Source of the DNA: Bacillota bacterium | Lineage (GTDB): Bacteria; Bacillota_I; Bacilli_A; RF39; UBA660 | DNA: 64,000 nucleotides | NCBI GenBank assembly: GCA_015059335.1 | Contig: SVAP01000007.1 | Location: 1,752 to 65,751, forward strand | Direction of reading: 5' to 3' | In this document: piece after piece, positions 18,233-27,832 of the stretch | How the letters are laid out: every line of letters begins with the position of its first letter | How positions within the stretch are numbered: position 1 is the first letter of the stretch | Notes under the pieces: model-generated | The model's input: only the letters and a program-made list of their open reading frames with translations | Told to the model about the DNA's origin: nothing | Database searches by the model: none | Position numbers and translations under genes: made by a program

Positions 18233-19107
18233 GTATATAATCTATAAAAATTTATTGAAGGTTTATTCATAAATCTAAATGGATAATTACTTGTACCTAA
18301 TCCATAAGATACATATAAATTTGTATCATTAACTTTATAATAATTATTAGGATACTTTATTGCTCCTTGTATTTTAAATACAGGACCGATAATTGGTAAT
18401 CTAATTTGTCCACCATGTGAATGACCCGATAGAGCTAAATTTACACTTTGATATTCTAATAATTTATCAATATTGTCTGGTTCATGAAGTAACATAATAG
18501 AAAATATATTTTTGTTAACGTTTTCATCTTTAAAGTATTCAGTAGTTTTTTCATAATCAATTTCAGTTTTAATGCTACTACTTAATCCACCTAAATATAT
18601 ATATTCATTAACATCATTATATACTAAATCATAACTGTTTTCTAAAACATTAAATTCACTTCTTTGCATAATTTCAATAAATGAATCAGATGTATAATCA
18701 TGATTTCCCTTAACTGCGTATTTACCATGGGATGATTCTATTTTATTTAATATGTTAGATAATTCATTAATAACACTATCAGTTATTTTTATATCCTTAT
18801 CTAATAAATCTCCAGTAAACAAAACTAAGTTAGGTTTTATTAGATTAATTTTATCTACAATTTTTTCTAAACTGTTTTTATCAATTGTTTTTCCATAATG
18901 AACATCTGAAAAATGAACTATTTTAAATCCGTGAAATGATTCTGATAACTTTTGATCTACTATTTTTATTTCATTTACTTTTAACCCACTTGTACTTATA
19001 AACCTAGCCCAAAGAAGTACTAATAAGCAAAATATAATAATATATAGTAAAATTTTAAAAAACACTATTATCTTATTTTTTCTATATTTATCTGATCTCT
19101 TTTTCAT
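18226..19107 (-). CDS. Membrane-anchored calcineurin-like metallophosphoesterase
   Basis: HFSDVH, GDLLD, GNHD, GHSHGGQ motifs with an N-terminal TM helix. Confidence 0.85.
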   Translation of the reverse strand: MKKRSDKYRKNKIIVFFKILLYIIIFCLLVLLWARFISTSGLKVNEIKIVDQKLSESFHGFKIVHFSDVHYGKTIDKNSLEKIVDKINLIKPNLVLFTGDLLDKDIKITDSVINELSNILNKIESSHGKYAVKGNHDYTSDSFIEIMQRSEFNVLENSYDLVYNDVNEYIYLGGLSSSIKTEIDYEKTTEYFKDENVNKNIFSIMLLHEPDNIDKLLEYQSVNLALSGHSHGGQIRLPIIGPVFKIQGAIKYPNNYYKVNDTNLYVSYGLGTSNYPFRFMNKPSINFYRLYTK

Positions 19108-19108
19108 T

Positions 19109-19801
19109 TTACATCACCGTAATTAATTGTATTGTAACAAGTAGGGTATTGTGTATAATGTGTACTAAAATTGGAACCCAAATATTATCTGTTTTAACAT
19201 ACATGTATGCAAATGTTCCACCTAATATTCCATAAGGAATAAAATATAACATTTCTATAAGACTAGAACTTACACCAATAACATGTAGTAAGCCAAATAC
19301 TGCTCCAGATATAATTATAAATAAAATCTTATTATTTATAATATCTTTAAATATTTTTCTAAATACCATTTCTTCTTCAAACGGACCAATGAGACAAGCA
19401 CTTATTGACATATATAATGGTAATGTACTAAGTAATTCTCTTACACCTTGTTCATTAGCTGCAATTTGTTGATTAAAACATAATTGAATTATTAAATTTG
19501 AAACTACCATAAGTATTATACCAATAGTATAAGCTAAAACACTTATTTCTATGTACTTCCTATAATTATCCTTGATTTTTTTTATATCAGTTATTAACTC
19601 TTTTCTATAAACTATAAACATAATAGTAGGTAATATTAAAGATATTATTATCGCAATTATTTGTCTAGGAATTAATGGTAATAATGATATGTCAATTCCA
19701 AATAAATTTAATAACATTGTTATAAAGCTATTAAAAATAAAGAATAGTCCAAAAAATAGTATACCGATAATTATTTTTTTTAATTTATCATTTATTTTCA
19801 T
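19109..19801 (-). CDS. CPBP-family intramembrane glutamic endopeptidase (CAAX protease-like)
   Basis: EEMVFRK, FGLLHV and HIIHN motifs. Start moved to ATG 19801 because AGGTG lies 5 nt upstream, inside the longer ORF. Confidence 0.8.
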   Translation of the reverse strand: MKINDKLKKIIIGILFFGLFFIFNSFITMLLNLFGIDISLLPLIPRQIIAIIISLILPTIMFIVYRKELITDIKKIKDNYRKYIEISVLAYTIGIILMVVSNLIIQLCFNQQIAANEQGVRELLSTLPLYMSISACLIGPFEEEMVFRKIFKDIINNKILFIIISGAVFGLLHVIGVSSSLIEMLYFIPYGILGGTFAYMYVKTDNIWVPILVHIIHNTLLVTIQLITVM

Positions 19802-19969
19802 ATTACACCTCATTCTATTATTAATTATAACATAACTCCTAATTTTTTATAATTATAAAGTAAAAATATATTTTATAAGTGTAAATAAAGGGTTTTGATA
19901 TATATAATTAACATATAATATTATAAAGATGTTATGTTGTTACTATGTAGATGGTATGTTGACATTTAA

Positions 19970-20194
19970 AAACAAGGAAAAGATATTTCTAAACTTAAAA
20001 CAGTTATTGAAAAACTTGCGAATGGAGAAGAGTTGGAAGTAAAGAATAAAAATCATAATTTAGGTGATGATAAACTGTATAAAAATTGTAAGGAATGTCA
20101 TATTGAACCAGATTGGTTATTAATATACCAATATATTGATGAAGAAATAGTACTATTACTTGTATCTACAGGTAGTCATAGTGAATTATATTAA
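19970..20194 (+). pseudogene. 5'-truncated YafQ/RelE-family type II toxin remnant
   Basis: Translation GKDISKLKTVIEKLANGEELEVKNKNHNLGDDKLYKNCKECHIEPDWLLIYQYIDEEIVLLLVSTGSHSELY* matches the C-terminal two-thirds of YafQ-type toxins. In-frame TAA at 19967-19969. No start codon and no antitoxin ORF. Confidence 0.7.
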
Positions 20195-20274
20195 TATATA
20201 TATGTCAACTGAATAAAAAAAGTAAAAAAAGATATACAAAATAAAGATTTTGTGTTAGAATAAATGTGCAACAA

Positions 20275-20300
20275 GGAGTGGGCTAAACCCACTCTTTAAA
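20275..20300 (+). terminator. Terminator-like or regulatory hairpin in the rimP-nusA leader
   Basis: GAGTGGG-CTAAA-CCCACTC (20276-20282 / 20288-20294) followed by TTTAAATATTATTTAT. This is the GC-richest hairpin in the window. Confidence 0.4.
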
Positions 20301-20321
20301 TATTATTTATAGGAGGTAGCG

Positions 20322-20570
20322 ATGAATATAACAGATACAGTAAAAGAATTAGTAACAGATCCATTAAAAAAAGAAGGAATTGAAGTGGTAGAAGTTACTT
20401 ATGAAAAAGAAGATGGTAATTATTTTTTGAGAATTATTATTGATACTAAAGTAGGAGTAGATTTAGATACTTGTATAAAGGCTACAAATATTATTAATCC
20501 AATATTAGATAGTCATAATTTAGAAATAGAAAACTATATTTTAGATGTATGTTCAAAGGGAGGTAATTAA
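20322..20570 (+). CDS. rimP: Ribosome maturation factor RimP, N-terminal domain only (82 aa)
   Basis: LRIIIDTKVGVDLDTCIKATNIINPILD...YILDVCSKG matches the RimP N-domain up to the 'LEVSSPG' block. Strong RBS AGGAGG. Sits immediately upstream of nusA. Confidence 0.7.
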   Translation: MNITDTVKELVTDPLKKEGIEVVEVTYEKEDGNYFLRIIIDTKVGVDLDTCIKATNIINPILDSHNLEIENYILDVCSKGGN

Positions 20571-20571
20571 A

Positions 20572-21645
20572 ATGGACGCCAAAGCATTTATTAAAGCATT
20601 AGATAATCTAGCAGAAGAAAAACAAATTAGTAAAGATACAATTTATGAAGCAATGGAATTAGCGCTTTCAACAGCTTACAAAAAAAACTTTAATTCACTT
20701 ACAAATGTTAGAGTAGATATTAACAAAGACACTGGTGATATTAAAGTATTTAGTGTATATACTGTTGTTGAAGATGATTATGATGATTTTGATGAAGATA
20801 CTGAAATCTTATTATCAGTAGCTAAAGAAAGAGTTAAAGATATCGAAGTAGGTGAAACAATCGAAGAAGAAGTAACACCTAAAGATTTCGGTAGAGTTGC
20901 CGCAGCAACAGCAAAACAAGTAATTATTCAAAAAGTAAAAGAAGCAGAAAAAGAAAGTTTATTAAATGAATATAAAGATAAACAAGATGAATTAGTAGTT
21001 GGAATAGTATCAATGGAAGATGAACAAAATTACCTTATTGATTTAGGTAGAACAATGGGTATTTTACCTAAATCAGAATTAATTGGTGATGAGAAAGTAG
21101 AAATGGGTTCATCAATTAAAGCATATGTTAGTAAAGTTAATGCAAGTCAAAAATCAATTACTGTATTATTATCAAGAAAACATTATGGATTTGTAAAAAG
21201 ATTATTTGAAGTTGAAATTCCAGAATTATCAGATGGAACAATAATCTTACATGGGGTTTCACGTATTGCAGGTGAAAGAAGTAAAGTAGCTGTATATTCT
21301 ACAAACGATAAAGTAGATGCAATTGGTGCATGTATTGGTGAAAGAGGAAGTAGAATTGCAAATATTATAAAAGAATTAAATGGTGAAAAAGTGGATTTAG
21401 TATTATATGATAAAGATCCAAGTGTATTTGTTAAAAATGCTTTAGCTCCTGCTAAAGATATAACAGTAATTATTACTGATGAAAAGAAACAAGAATGTTT
21501 AGCAATTGCTGATGAAAGTAATCTTTCACTAGCGATAGGTAAAAAAGGTCAAAACGTTGTTCTAGCTAGTCGTTTAACTCATTATAAAATTGATGTTAAG
21601 ACTAAAGAACAATTAGGAGACGATGTTGGAATTAATATAAAATAG
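20572..21645 (+). CDS. nusA: Transcription termination/antitermination factor NusA
   Basis: S1 and tandem KH blocks (GACIGERGSRI, AIGKKGQNV). Start at ATG 20572 after AGGGAGG; the track ORF opens at 20545. Confidence 0.95.
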   Translation: MDAKAFIKALDNLAEEKQISKDTIYEAMELALSTAYKKNFNSLTNVRVDINKDTGDIKVFSVYTVVEDDYDDFDEDTEILLSVAKERVKDIEVGETIEEEVTPKDFGRVAAATAKQVIIQKVKEAEKESLLNEYKDKQDELVVGIVSMEDEQNYLIDLGRTMGILPKSELIGDEKVEMGSSIKAYVSKVNASQKSITVLLSRKHYGFVKRLFEVEIPELSDGTIILHGVSRIAGERSKVAVYSTNDKVDAIGACIGERGSRIANIIKELNGEKVDLVLYDKDPSVFVKNALAPAKDITVIITDEKKQECLAIADESNLSLAIGKKGQNVVLASRLTHYKIDVKTKEQLGDDVGINIK

Positions 21646-21659
21646 GGAGTTGGTAGAAA

Positions 21660-21923
21660 ATGAAGCAAAGAAAAGTACCAATGAGAAGTTGTTCAGTTAC
21701 TAATGAAAAATTTCCTAAATTAGAGTTACTTAGAGTAATAAGAACTCCAGAAGGTAATGTAATCATTGAAACTGATAAAAATGGTAAAACTAACGGAAGA
21801 GGAGCTTATCTAAAAAAAGATATTGAAGTAATAGAAAAGGCTCAAAAAACAAAAATTTTAGAAAAAAAATTAGAAATTAAGATTCCAGACAGTATTTATG
21901 ATGATTTAAAAGAAATGATATAA
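21660..21923 (+). CDS. ylxR: YlxR/RnpM (DUF448) RNA-binding protein
   Basis: RKVPMRSCSV...ELLRVIRTPEG...NGRGAYL pattern. Conserved position after nusA. Confidence 0.85.
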   Translation: MKQRKVPMRSCSVTNEKFPKLELLRVIRTPEGNVIIETDKNGKTNGRGAYLKKDIEVIEKAQKTKILEKKLEIKIPDSIYDDLKEMI

Positions 21924-21931
21924 GGTGTATC

Positions 21932-22411
21932 ATGAAAAGAGAAGATTATTTAAATTGGGATGAATTTTTTATGGGAGTTGCGCTTTTAGCTGCACAAAGA
22001 AGTAAAGATCCTTCTACACAAGTTGGTGCTTGTATTGTAAATGAAGATAATAATATTATTTCAACAGGATATAATGGTGCGCCAAGAGGTTATAGTGATG
22101 ATACATGCATGTGTTGGGATAGAGAAGGAGAATTCTTAAATACAAAATATGCATATGTATGTCATGCAGAATTAAACGCTATTTTAAATTCACCATCAAT
22201 TGTTAAAAATTGTAAAATATATGTTGCATTATTTCCATGTAACGAATGTGCAAAAGCAATTATTCAATCTGGTATAAAAGAAATAATATATGTTTCTGAT
22301 AAATATAAAGATACAGATAGTGTTATTGCTTCTAAAAAAATGCTTGATGCATGTGGAGTTAAATATAGACAGTTAATAAGTAATAATAAAGAAATAAAGT
22401 TAAATATTTAA
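21932..22411 (+). CDS. Deoxycytidylate (dCMP) deaminase, ComEB-like
   Basis: Zinc motifs CHAELNA and PCNECAK. WDEFFMGVALLAAQRSKDPSTQVGA N-terminus. Confidence 0.85.
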   Translation: MKREDYLNWDEFFMGVALLAAQRSKDPSTQVGACIVNEDNNIISTGYNGAPRGYSDDTCMCWDREGEFLNTKYAYVCHAELNAILNSPSIVKNCKIYVALFPCNECAKAIIQSGIKEIIYVSDKYKDTDSVIASKKMLDACGVKYRQLISNNKEIKLNI

Positions 22412-22428
22412 AGAAAGAGGTGATATCT

Positions 22429-24525
22429 ATGATGAGTGTATTAGAGTATGCTCTAGATGTTAATAAAAGTGTAGGAGAAGTAATCAATAAATTAAATTAT
22501 TTAGGTTTTGATATTACAAATGAGAATGATGAACTTACAGATGAGATGATTATCGAATTAGATAATGAATTTCAAAATGAAGAAGTAGATGATATGATTG
22601 AAAGTGATTTAGAAGATACTGCTACAAAAGTAGCCAATACTTCTAATATCGATATGGATAATACTGTTAAGAAACAAAAATTAAAGAAAAAAGATAATAA
22701 ATCTAATAAAGAAGAATATTCAAAACTTAAAAAAGATATGTATAAACATAAGGAAAAACTAACATCTAACACTGCTGAAAATGAAAATGTTGTTTTATTT
22801 AAAGAAGGAATGACAGTTAGTGAGTTTGCAGCAGCATTAAATGTTAATCCAACTGAATTAATTAAAAAATTAATTGGTCTTGGAATGATGTTAGGCGTTA
22901 ATAATGTTATTGATTATGATACTGCAGAAATTATTGCCTTAGATTATAAAAAAGAATTGAAAAGTGAAGAAAAAAGTGATATATCAAATTTTGAAGAATT
23001 TGAAATAACTGATGATGAAAAAGATTTAACTGAAAGACCTGCTGTTGTAACAATAATGGGACATGTTGATCATGGTAAAACAACATTACTTGATACAATT
23101 AGAAATGCAAATGTAGTTAGTGGTGAAGCAGGTGGTATTACACAACATATCGGAGCTTACCAAGTAGAACACAATGGTAAGAAAATTACATTTATCGATA
23201 CTCCAGGACATGCTGCATTTACTGAAATGAGAGCACGTGGAGCTTCTGTTACTGATATAGTTATAATTATAGTAGCTGCAGATGATGGTGTAATGCCTCA
23301 AACAAGAGAAGCTGTAGACCATGCTAAAGCCGCTGGTGTACCAATTATTGTAGCAGTAAATAAAATTGACAAACCAGAAGCAAACGTTGAAAAAGTAATG
23401 ACAGGTTTAACTGAATGTGGACTAACTCCAGAAGAATGGGGTGGAGATACATTATTTGTTAAAATAAGTGCAAAAACTGGTGATGGTATTGATGAATTAT
23501 TAGAAAATATTCTATTAATTAGTGAAATGGAAGAGTTAAAAGCTAATCCAAATAGATATGCTCTTGGATCAGTTATAGAATCAAAACTTGATAAAAACGT
23601 TGGTAGTGTAGTTACAATACTTATCCAAAATGGAACACTTCGTATAGGAGATCCTATAGTAGTAGGTACAACATTTGGTAAAATAAGAACTCTTAAAAAT
23701 GATAGAAATCAAGACTTAGTTGAAGCTCTACCATCTACACCAGTTACAATTACAGGTCTTAATGGAGTACCAAGTGCTGGTGATAGATTTATGGCTTTTG
23801 AAACTGAAAAAGAAGCTAGAAATATTGCTGAAAAAAGAAGTCTAAACGAAAAAGAAAAATCTAATAAAAATAATTCGATTTCTCTAGAAGATTTATTTAG
23901 TAAAATTCAAAGTGGTACCAAAGAAATTAATGTAGTACTTAAAACTGATGTTAAAGGTAGTGAAGAAGCAGTTAAAAATTCACTATTAAAAATAGATGTT
24001 GAAGGCGCTAAAATAAATGTTATAAGAAGTGGTGTAGGTACTATTACTGAAAGTGATGTAGTACTAGCAAATGCTTCACATGCTATTATTATTGGATTTA
24101 ATGTTAGACCAAGTACTAAAACTAGTGAAATGGCTAAAGAATATAGTGTAGATATTAGATTACACAATATTATATATAAAGTAGTAGAAGAAATGGAAGC
24201 TGCTATGAAAGGTATGTTAGATCCAGAATATGAAGAACATATCTTAGGACATGCTGAAATTAGAAAAATATTCAAATTCTCTAAAGTTGGTAATATTGCA
24301 GGTAGTTATGTTACTGATGGTGTTGTAAAACAAAATAGTGATGCAAGATTAATTCGTGATGGTATTGTTATCTATGAAGGAAAAATTGCTTCTATTCAAA
24401 GAGAAAAAGATCAAGCTAAAGAAGTTAAACAAGGATTTGAATGTGGTATTACTCTAGAAAACTACAGTGATATAAAAGAAAATGACGTTATAGAATGCTT
24501 TGAAAACGTTGAAATTAAAAGATAG
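22429..24525 (+). CDS. infB: Translation initiation factor IF-2
   Basis: [24 protein letters not shown] GTPase motifs. ATG 22429 sits 6 nt after GAGGTG; the track ORF opens at GTG 22420. Confidence 0.95.
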   Translation: MMSVLEYALDVNKSVGEVINKLNYLGFDITNENDELTDEMIIELDNEFQNEEVDDMIESDLEDTATKVANTSNIDMDNTVKKQKLKKKDNKSNKEEYSKLKKDMYKHKEKLTSNTAENENVVLFKEGMTVSEFAAALNVNPTELIKKLIGLGMMLGVNNVIDYDTAEIIALDYKKELKSEEKSDISNFEEFEITDDEKDLTERPAVVTIMGHVDHGKTTLLDTIRNANVVSGEAGGITQHIGAYQVEHNGKKITFIDTPGHAAFTEMRARGASVTDIVIIIVAADDGVMPQTREAVDHAKAAGVPIIVAVNKIDKPEANVEKVMTGLTECGLTPEEWGGDTLFVKISAKTGDGIDELLENILLISEMEELKANPNRYALGSVIESKLDKNVGSVVTILIQNGTLRIGDPIVVGTTFGKIRTLKNDRNQDLVEALPSTPVTITGLNGVPSAGDRFMAFETEKEARNIAEKRSLNEKEKSNKNNSISLEDLFSKIQSGTKEINVVLKTDVKGSEEAVKNSLLKIDVEGAKINVIRSGVGTITESDVVLANASHAIIIGFNVRPSTKTSEMAKEYSVDIRLHNIIYKVVEEMEAAMKGMLDPEYEEHILGHAEIRKIFKFSKVGNIAGSYVTDGVVKQNSDARLIRDGIVIYEGKIASIQREKDQAKEVKQGFECGITLENYSDIKENDVIECFENVEIKR

Positions 24526-24534
24526 GATGATAAT

Positions 24535-24879
24535 ATGAGTATAAAATCAGAAAAATTATCTCATTTATTTGTAGAAGAAATTTCTTCAATTATTAGAGAA
24601 GAAGTTAAAGATAAAAAAATTGGATTTGTAACTATTACTGGTGCAAATGTAACAAGTGACTTAAGTTATGCTAAAATATATTTTACTACATTAGGAGTAG
24701 ATATTAACGAAGCAACTAAAGCACTAAATAGAGCTAGTGGATTCATAAAAATGGAATTATCTAAAAGAATTGAAATTAGAAAAATGCCAGAAATGGAATT
24801 TATTTATGATGAATCAATTAGTTATGGTGAAAAAATAGAAAAAATTATCGACAAAATTAATGAAAAAGAAGATAACTAA
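24535..24879 (+). CDS. rbfA: Ribosome-binding factor A
   Basis: Size, position after infB, and VTITGANVTSDLSYAKIYF block. Confidence 0.9.
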   Translation: MSIKSEKLSHLFVEEISSIIREEVKDKKIGFVTITGANVTSDLSYAKIYFTTLGVDINEATKALNRASGFIKMELSKRIEIRKMPEMEFIYDESISYGEKIEKIIDKINEKEDN

Positions 24880-24916
24880 TCTTCTTTTTCTTGAATAACA
24901 AAAAGTGGTGTTTTAT

Positions 24917-25768
24917 ATGGATGGAATAATATTAGTAAATAAACCTAAAAATGTAACAAGTAGAGATGTAGTTAATAAAGTAGGTAGTCTATTAAAAACT
25001 AAAAAAATAGGTCACACCGGAACATTAGATCCAATCGCAACTGGTGTTTTAGTTTTATGTATTGGAAAATATACTAAATTGGTGGATCTAATTACTAGTT
25101 ATGAAAAAGAATATATCGCAACAGTATTAGTTGGTATGAAAACAGATACGCTAGATGTTACAGGTAATGTTTTAGAAAATATAGATATAAAAATAGAAAA
25201 AGATAAATTAATACAAGCACTTAATTCATTTAAGGGTAGTTATATGCAAGAAGTACCAATTTATTCTGCTGTAAAAATTAATGGTAAAAAATTATATGAA
25301 TATGCTAGAAATAATGAAGTAATTGATTTGCCGAAAAGAGAAGTGGAAATTAAGAACATCGAATTACTTGATATTAATAATAATGAATTTACTTTTAAAG
25401 TTACAGTATCTAAAGGAACATATATAAGAAGCTTAATTAATGATATTGGACTAAAGTTAAATATTCCAATGTGTATGAAAGAATTAAAAAGAACAATGCA
25501 AGGTAACTTTAAAATAGAAGATTCTAATACAATAGATGATATTGAAAATAATAAATTTAATATTCTTGATATTAAAGATATATTAAATTATCCAGTTATT
25601 AAAATCGATAATGATGTTTTAGAATTTCAAATAAAAAATGGTTCTATTATTGAAAATAAGTATGATAATGAAATTATTATGTTTGAATTAGATAATAAAA
25701 CAATCGCAATCTATAAAACATATGAAAAGGATACAACAAAATTAAAACCATATAAAATGTTTTTATAA
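24917..25768 (+). CDS. truB: tRNA pseudouridine-55 synthase TruB
   Basis: MDGIILVNKP...GHTGTLDPIATGVL catalytic Asp motif. The track ORF opens at 24905. Confidence 0.9.
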   Translation: MDGIILVNKPKNVTSRDVVNKVGSLLKTKKIGHTGTLDPIATGVLVLCIGKYTKLVDLITSYEKEYIATVLVGMKTDTLDVTGNVLENIDIKIEKDKLIQALNSFKGSYMQEVPIYSAVKINGKKLYEYARNNEVIDLPKREVEIKNIELLDINNNEFTFKVTVSKGTYIRSLINDIGLKLNIPMCMKELKRTMQGNFKIEDSNTIDDIENNKFNILDIKDILNYPVIKIDNDVLEFQIKNGSIIENKYDNEIIMFELDNKTIAIYKTYEKDTTKLKPYKMFL

Positions 25769-25825
25769 ATATTAGAATTTTCTAATATTTTTTTTATTAT
25801 AAAATAAAATTTAATAGGTGGTTGT

Positions 25826-26050
25826 ATGTTAGTTCGTGTATTTACATTTCTATTTGGATTTGTAATGATGGTTATAGGTTTTTCGTTCTTAATTTTATAT
25901 TTAAATTTATTAACTATTGGGTATAGTTTTATAGAATATGTTAATTTTATAATTAGAAGACCAGAAATTTATTGTTTAATAGTAGGCATGATTGTTGTAA
26001 TACTTATCACTATAATACCAGGAGGAAATAAAAATGAATTACATTTATGA
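25826..26050 (+). CDS. Small membrane protein, unknown function
   Basis: 74 aa, two hydrophobic helices, RBS GGTGG. Confidence 0.5.
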   Translation: MLVRVFTFLFGFVMMVIGFSFLILYLNLLTIGYSFIEYVNFIIRRPEIYCLIVGMIVVILITIIPGGNKNELHL

Positions 26051-26690
26051 TATTTTAGTTAATTTTAATGATAAGGAAGTTTATGAATTCTTTGAATGGG
26101 AAAAAGATGATAATATTGAACATATAAGAAAAATTCCAATATTTAAAGTTAAACCACAAGAATTTAATGACTTCAAAAATAATAAAATAAAAGTTGATCA
26201 AAGTTTTTTAAATAAAATTAAAAATAAGACTGAAATGTTTTGTAATACATCAATTGAGTATATAGAATATTGTGCGATTATAACAGATGGAATGGATTTA
26301 GTTGTTATAGAATTTGATAAAGAGGGGGAGTATATTCTAAAAAGTAGTATGCTTTTAGATGAGATGGAAGATACTTTAGATGAAAGTGAATTAATTGATG
26401 ATGAAAATATTAAATATACTGTATTAAATAAAGAAATTAATATTAACAGATTTGTTACAAGATTTGAAAATAAAATTAAAAGTGAAATTGAGTTGGAAAT
26501 TAAGAAATTAGTAGAAAATAAAAATTTTAAAAAACTTAAATATTTATATTATGAATGGTTTAATAAAAAAAATAATGATATAGATAGCATTATTAATAAT
26601 TTGAGTAATATTACAAACGAAGAAATTTCTAAAAAACACATTTCATTTTTAGAACTTATTAATTTATCAAATATGAAAAAACAATTATAA
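26034..26690 (+). CDS. Hypothetical cytoplasmic protein
   Basis: 218 aa, RBS AGGAGG, overlaps the upstream ORF. No family recognised. Confidence 0.5.
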   Translation: MNYIYDILVNFNDKEVYEFFEWEKDDNIEHIRKIPIFKVKPQEFNDFKNNKIKVDQSFLNKIKNKTEMFCNTSIEYIEYCAIITDGMDLVVIEFDKEGEYILKSSMLLDEMEDTLDESELIDDENIKYTVLNKEININRFVTRFENKIKSEIELEIKKLVENKNFKKLKYLYYEWFNKKNNDIDSIINNLSNITNEEISKKHISFLELINLSNMKKQL

Positions 26691-26698
26691 AAAATAGA

Positions 26699-27703
26699 TT
26701 ACTCAAAGTAATCTATTTTCATTTTGTTTCTAATAATTTCCATTGTCGCAATTGCTTTTTCTCTTGCTTTTTTTGTTCCTTCTATTAAAATTTTATCCAC
26801 AATTTCAGGATGTTCTTCATAATATTTTCTTTTTTCTTGCATTGGTTTTAGAAAATTAACCATGTTATCTATTAATTCTTTTTTACAAGATACACAACCT
26901 CTTGTACCATTTTCACACTCATCATGTATTGTATTAAGATTATTATCACTAACTAATTTATGGTAGTAATAAACCATGCATATATTAGGATTAGCAGGGT
27001 CATCTTTTTTTATTTTATCAGGATCAGTAACTGCCCCCATAACTTTTTTTCTAATTTCTTCAAAAGTATCATTTAAATTAATTGCGTTTCCTAAACTTTT
27101 ACCCATTTTTTCATTACCATCTAATCCTTTTAATCTTGTAATATTACTTAATAATGGCTCTGGTTCAGTAAAAGTTTCTCCATATATACTATTAAATTTT
27201 CTAACAATTTCTCTAGTTTGTTCAATAAGAGGCAATTGATCTTCACCAACTGGAATAACTTCTCCACCAAATAAGGTAATATCGGCAGCTTGACTCACTG
27301 GATATCCCAAAAATCCATATGTAACACTTTCTCCAGTATTACCAAATAATTCTTTCTTTTGTTTAATTTCAGTTTTTATAGTAGGATTCCTTTGTAATCT
27401 TGATACAGTTACTAAATTTGAAAAGTAAATAGTAAGTTCTGCAATTTCTGGAATCATCGATTGGATAAATATAGTAGATTTTGATGGATCAATTCCTGCA
27501 GATAACAAATCTATTACTAATTCTCTTACATTTTTTCTAACTTTATCAGGATTATCAAAATTATCAGTAAGAGCTTGTACATCAGCTATTTCAATAAAAG
27601 TATTATATTTATCTTGTAATTCTACCCAGTTTTTAACTGCACCATAGTAATGACCTAAATGTAAATTACCAGTTGGTCTTATCCCAGTTAAAATTGTTTT
27701 CAT
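26699..27703 (-). CDS. trpS: Tryptophan--tRNA ligase
   Basis: TGIRPTGNLHLGHY (HIGH) and KMGKS (KMSKS). ATG 27703 follows AGGAAGGA; the track ORF opens at 27733. Confidence 0.95.
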   Translation of the reverse strand: MKTILTGIRPTGNLHLGHYYGAVKNWVELQDKYNTFIEIADVQALTDNFDNPDKVRKNVRELVIDLLSAGIDPSKSTIFIQSMIPEIAELTIYFSNLVTVSRLQRNPTIKTEIKQKKELFGNTGESVTYGFLGYPVSQAADITLFGGEVIPVGEDQLPLIEQTREIVRKFNSIYGETFTEPEPLLSNITRLKGLDGNEKMGKSLGNAINLNDTFEEIRKKVMGAVTDPDKIKKDDPANPNICMVYYYHKLVSDNNLNTIHDECENGTRGCVSCKKELIDNMVNFLKPMQEKRKYYEEHPEIVDKILIEGTKKAREKAIATMEIIRNKMKIDYFE

Positions 27704-27768
27704 AAAAATCACATCCTTCCTAAATTTTATCATAAATTTTTAGCGGTGTAAACTGTGAATAAAAAGTA

Positions 27769-27796
27769 TTGTTCTATAATTAAAATATGGTATAAT
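27769..27796 (+). promoter_or_regulatory. Candidate sigmaA promoter of the prepilin operon
   Basis: TTGTTC (27769-27774), 16-nt spacer, TGgTATAAT extended -10 (TATAAT 27791-27796). Confidence 0.45.
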
Positions 27797-27832
27797 AATA
27801 TTATAAAATAGGATGATATCGGAGGCATTATT

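Noticed and set aside
19814-20321. A mobile element or prophage boundary around the accessory genes. The same question applies to 46407-48216 and 59825-60344.
   Set aside because: No integrase, transposase, tRNA attachment site or flanking direct/inverted repeats were found. Only decayed cargo genes and one 18-nt repeat are present.
20545-20571. The longer nusA start given in the ORF track (MYVQREVIKMDAK...). Similar N-terminal extensions occur in the track for trpS, truB, rnhB, gpr, rsmD, nfo, fmt, polA, proS, uvdE and the pilin genes.
   Set aside because: In each case a strong SD (for example AGGGAGG) lies inside the extension, 5-9 nt before an internal ATG. That internal ATG coincides with the conserved N-terminus of the family.
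27704-27832. An expected T-box or tryptophan attenuator upstream of trpS, and likewise upstream of proS at 53349..53412.
   Set aside because: The intergenic regions are only ~130 and ~64 nt. They contain no AGAGA/GGTGGTACC-type motifs and no terminator hairpin.
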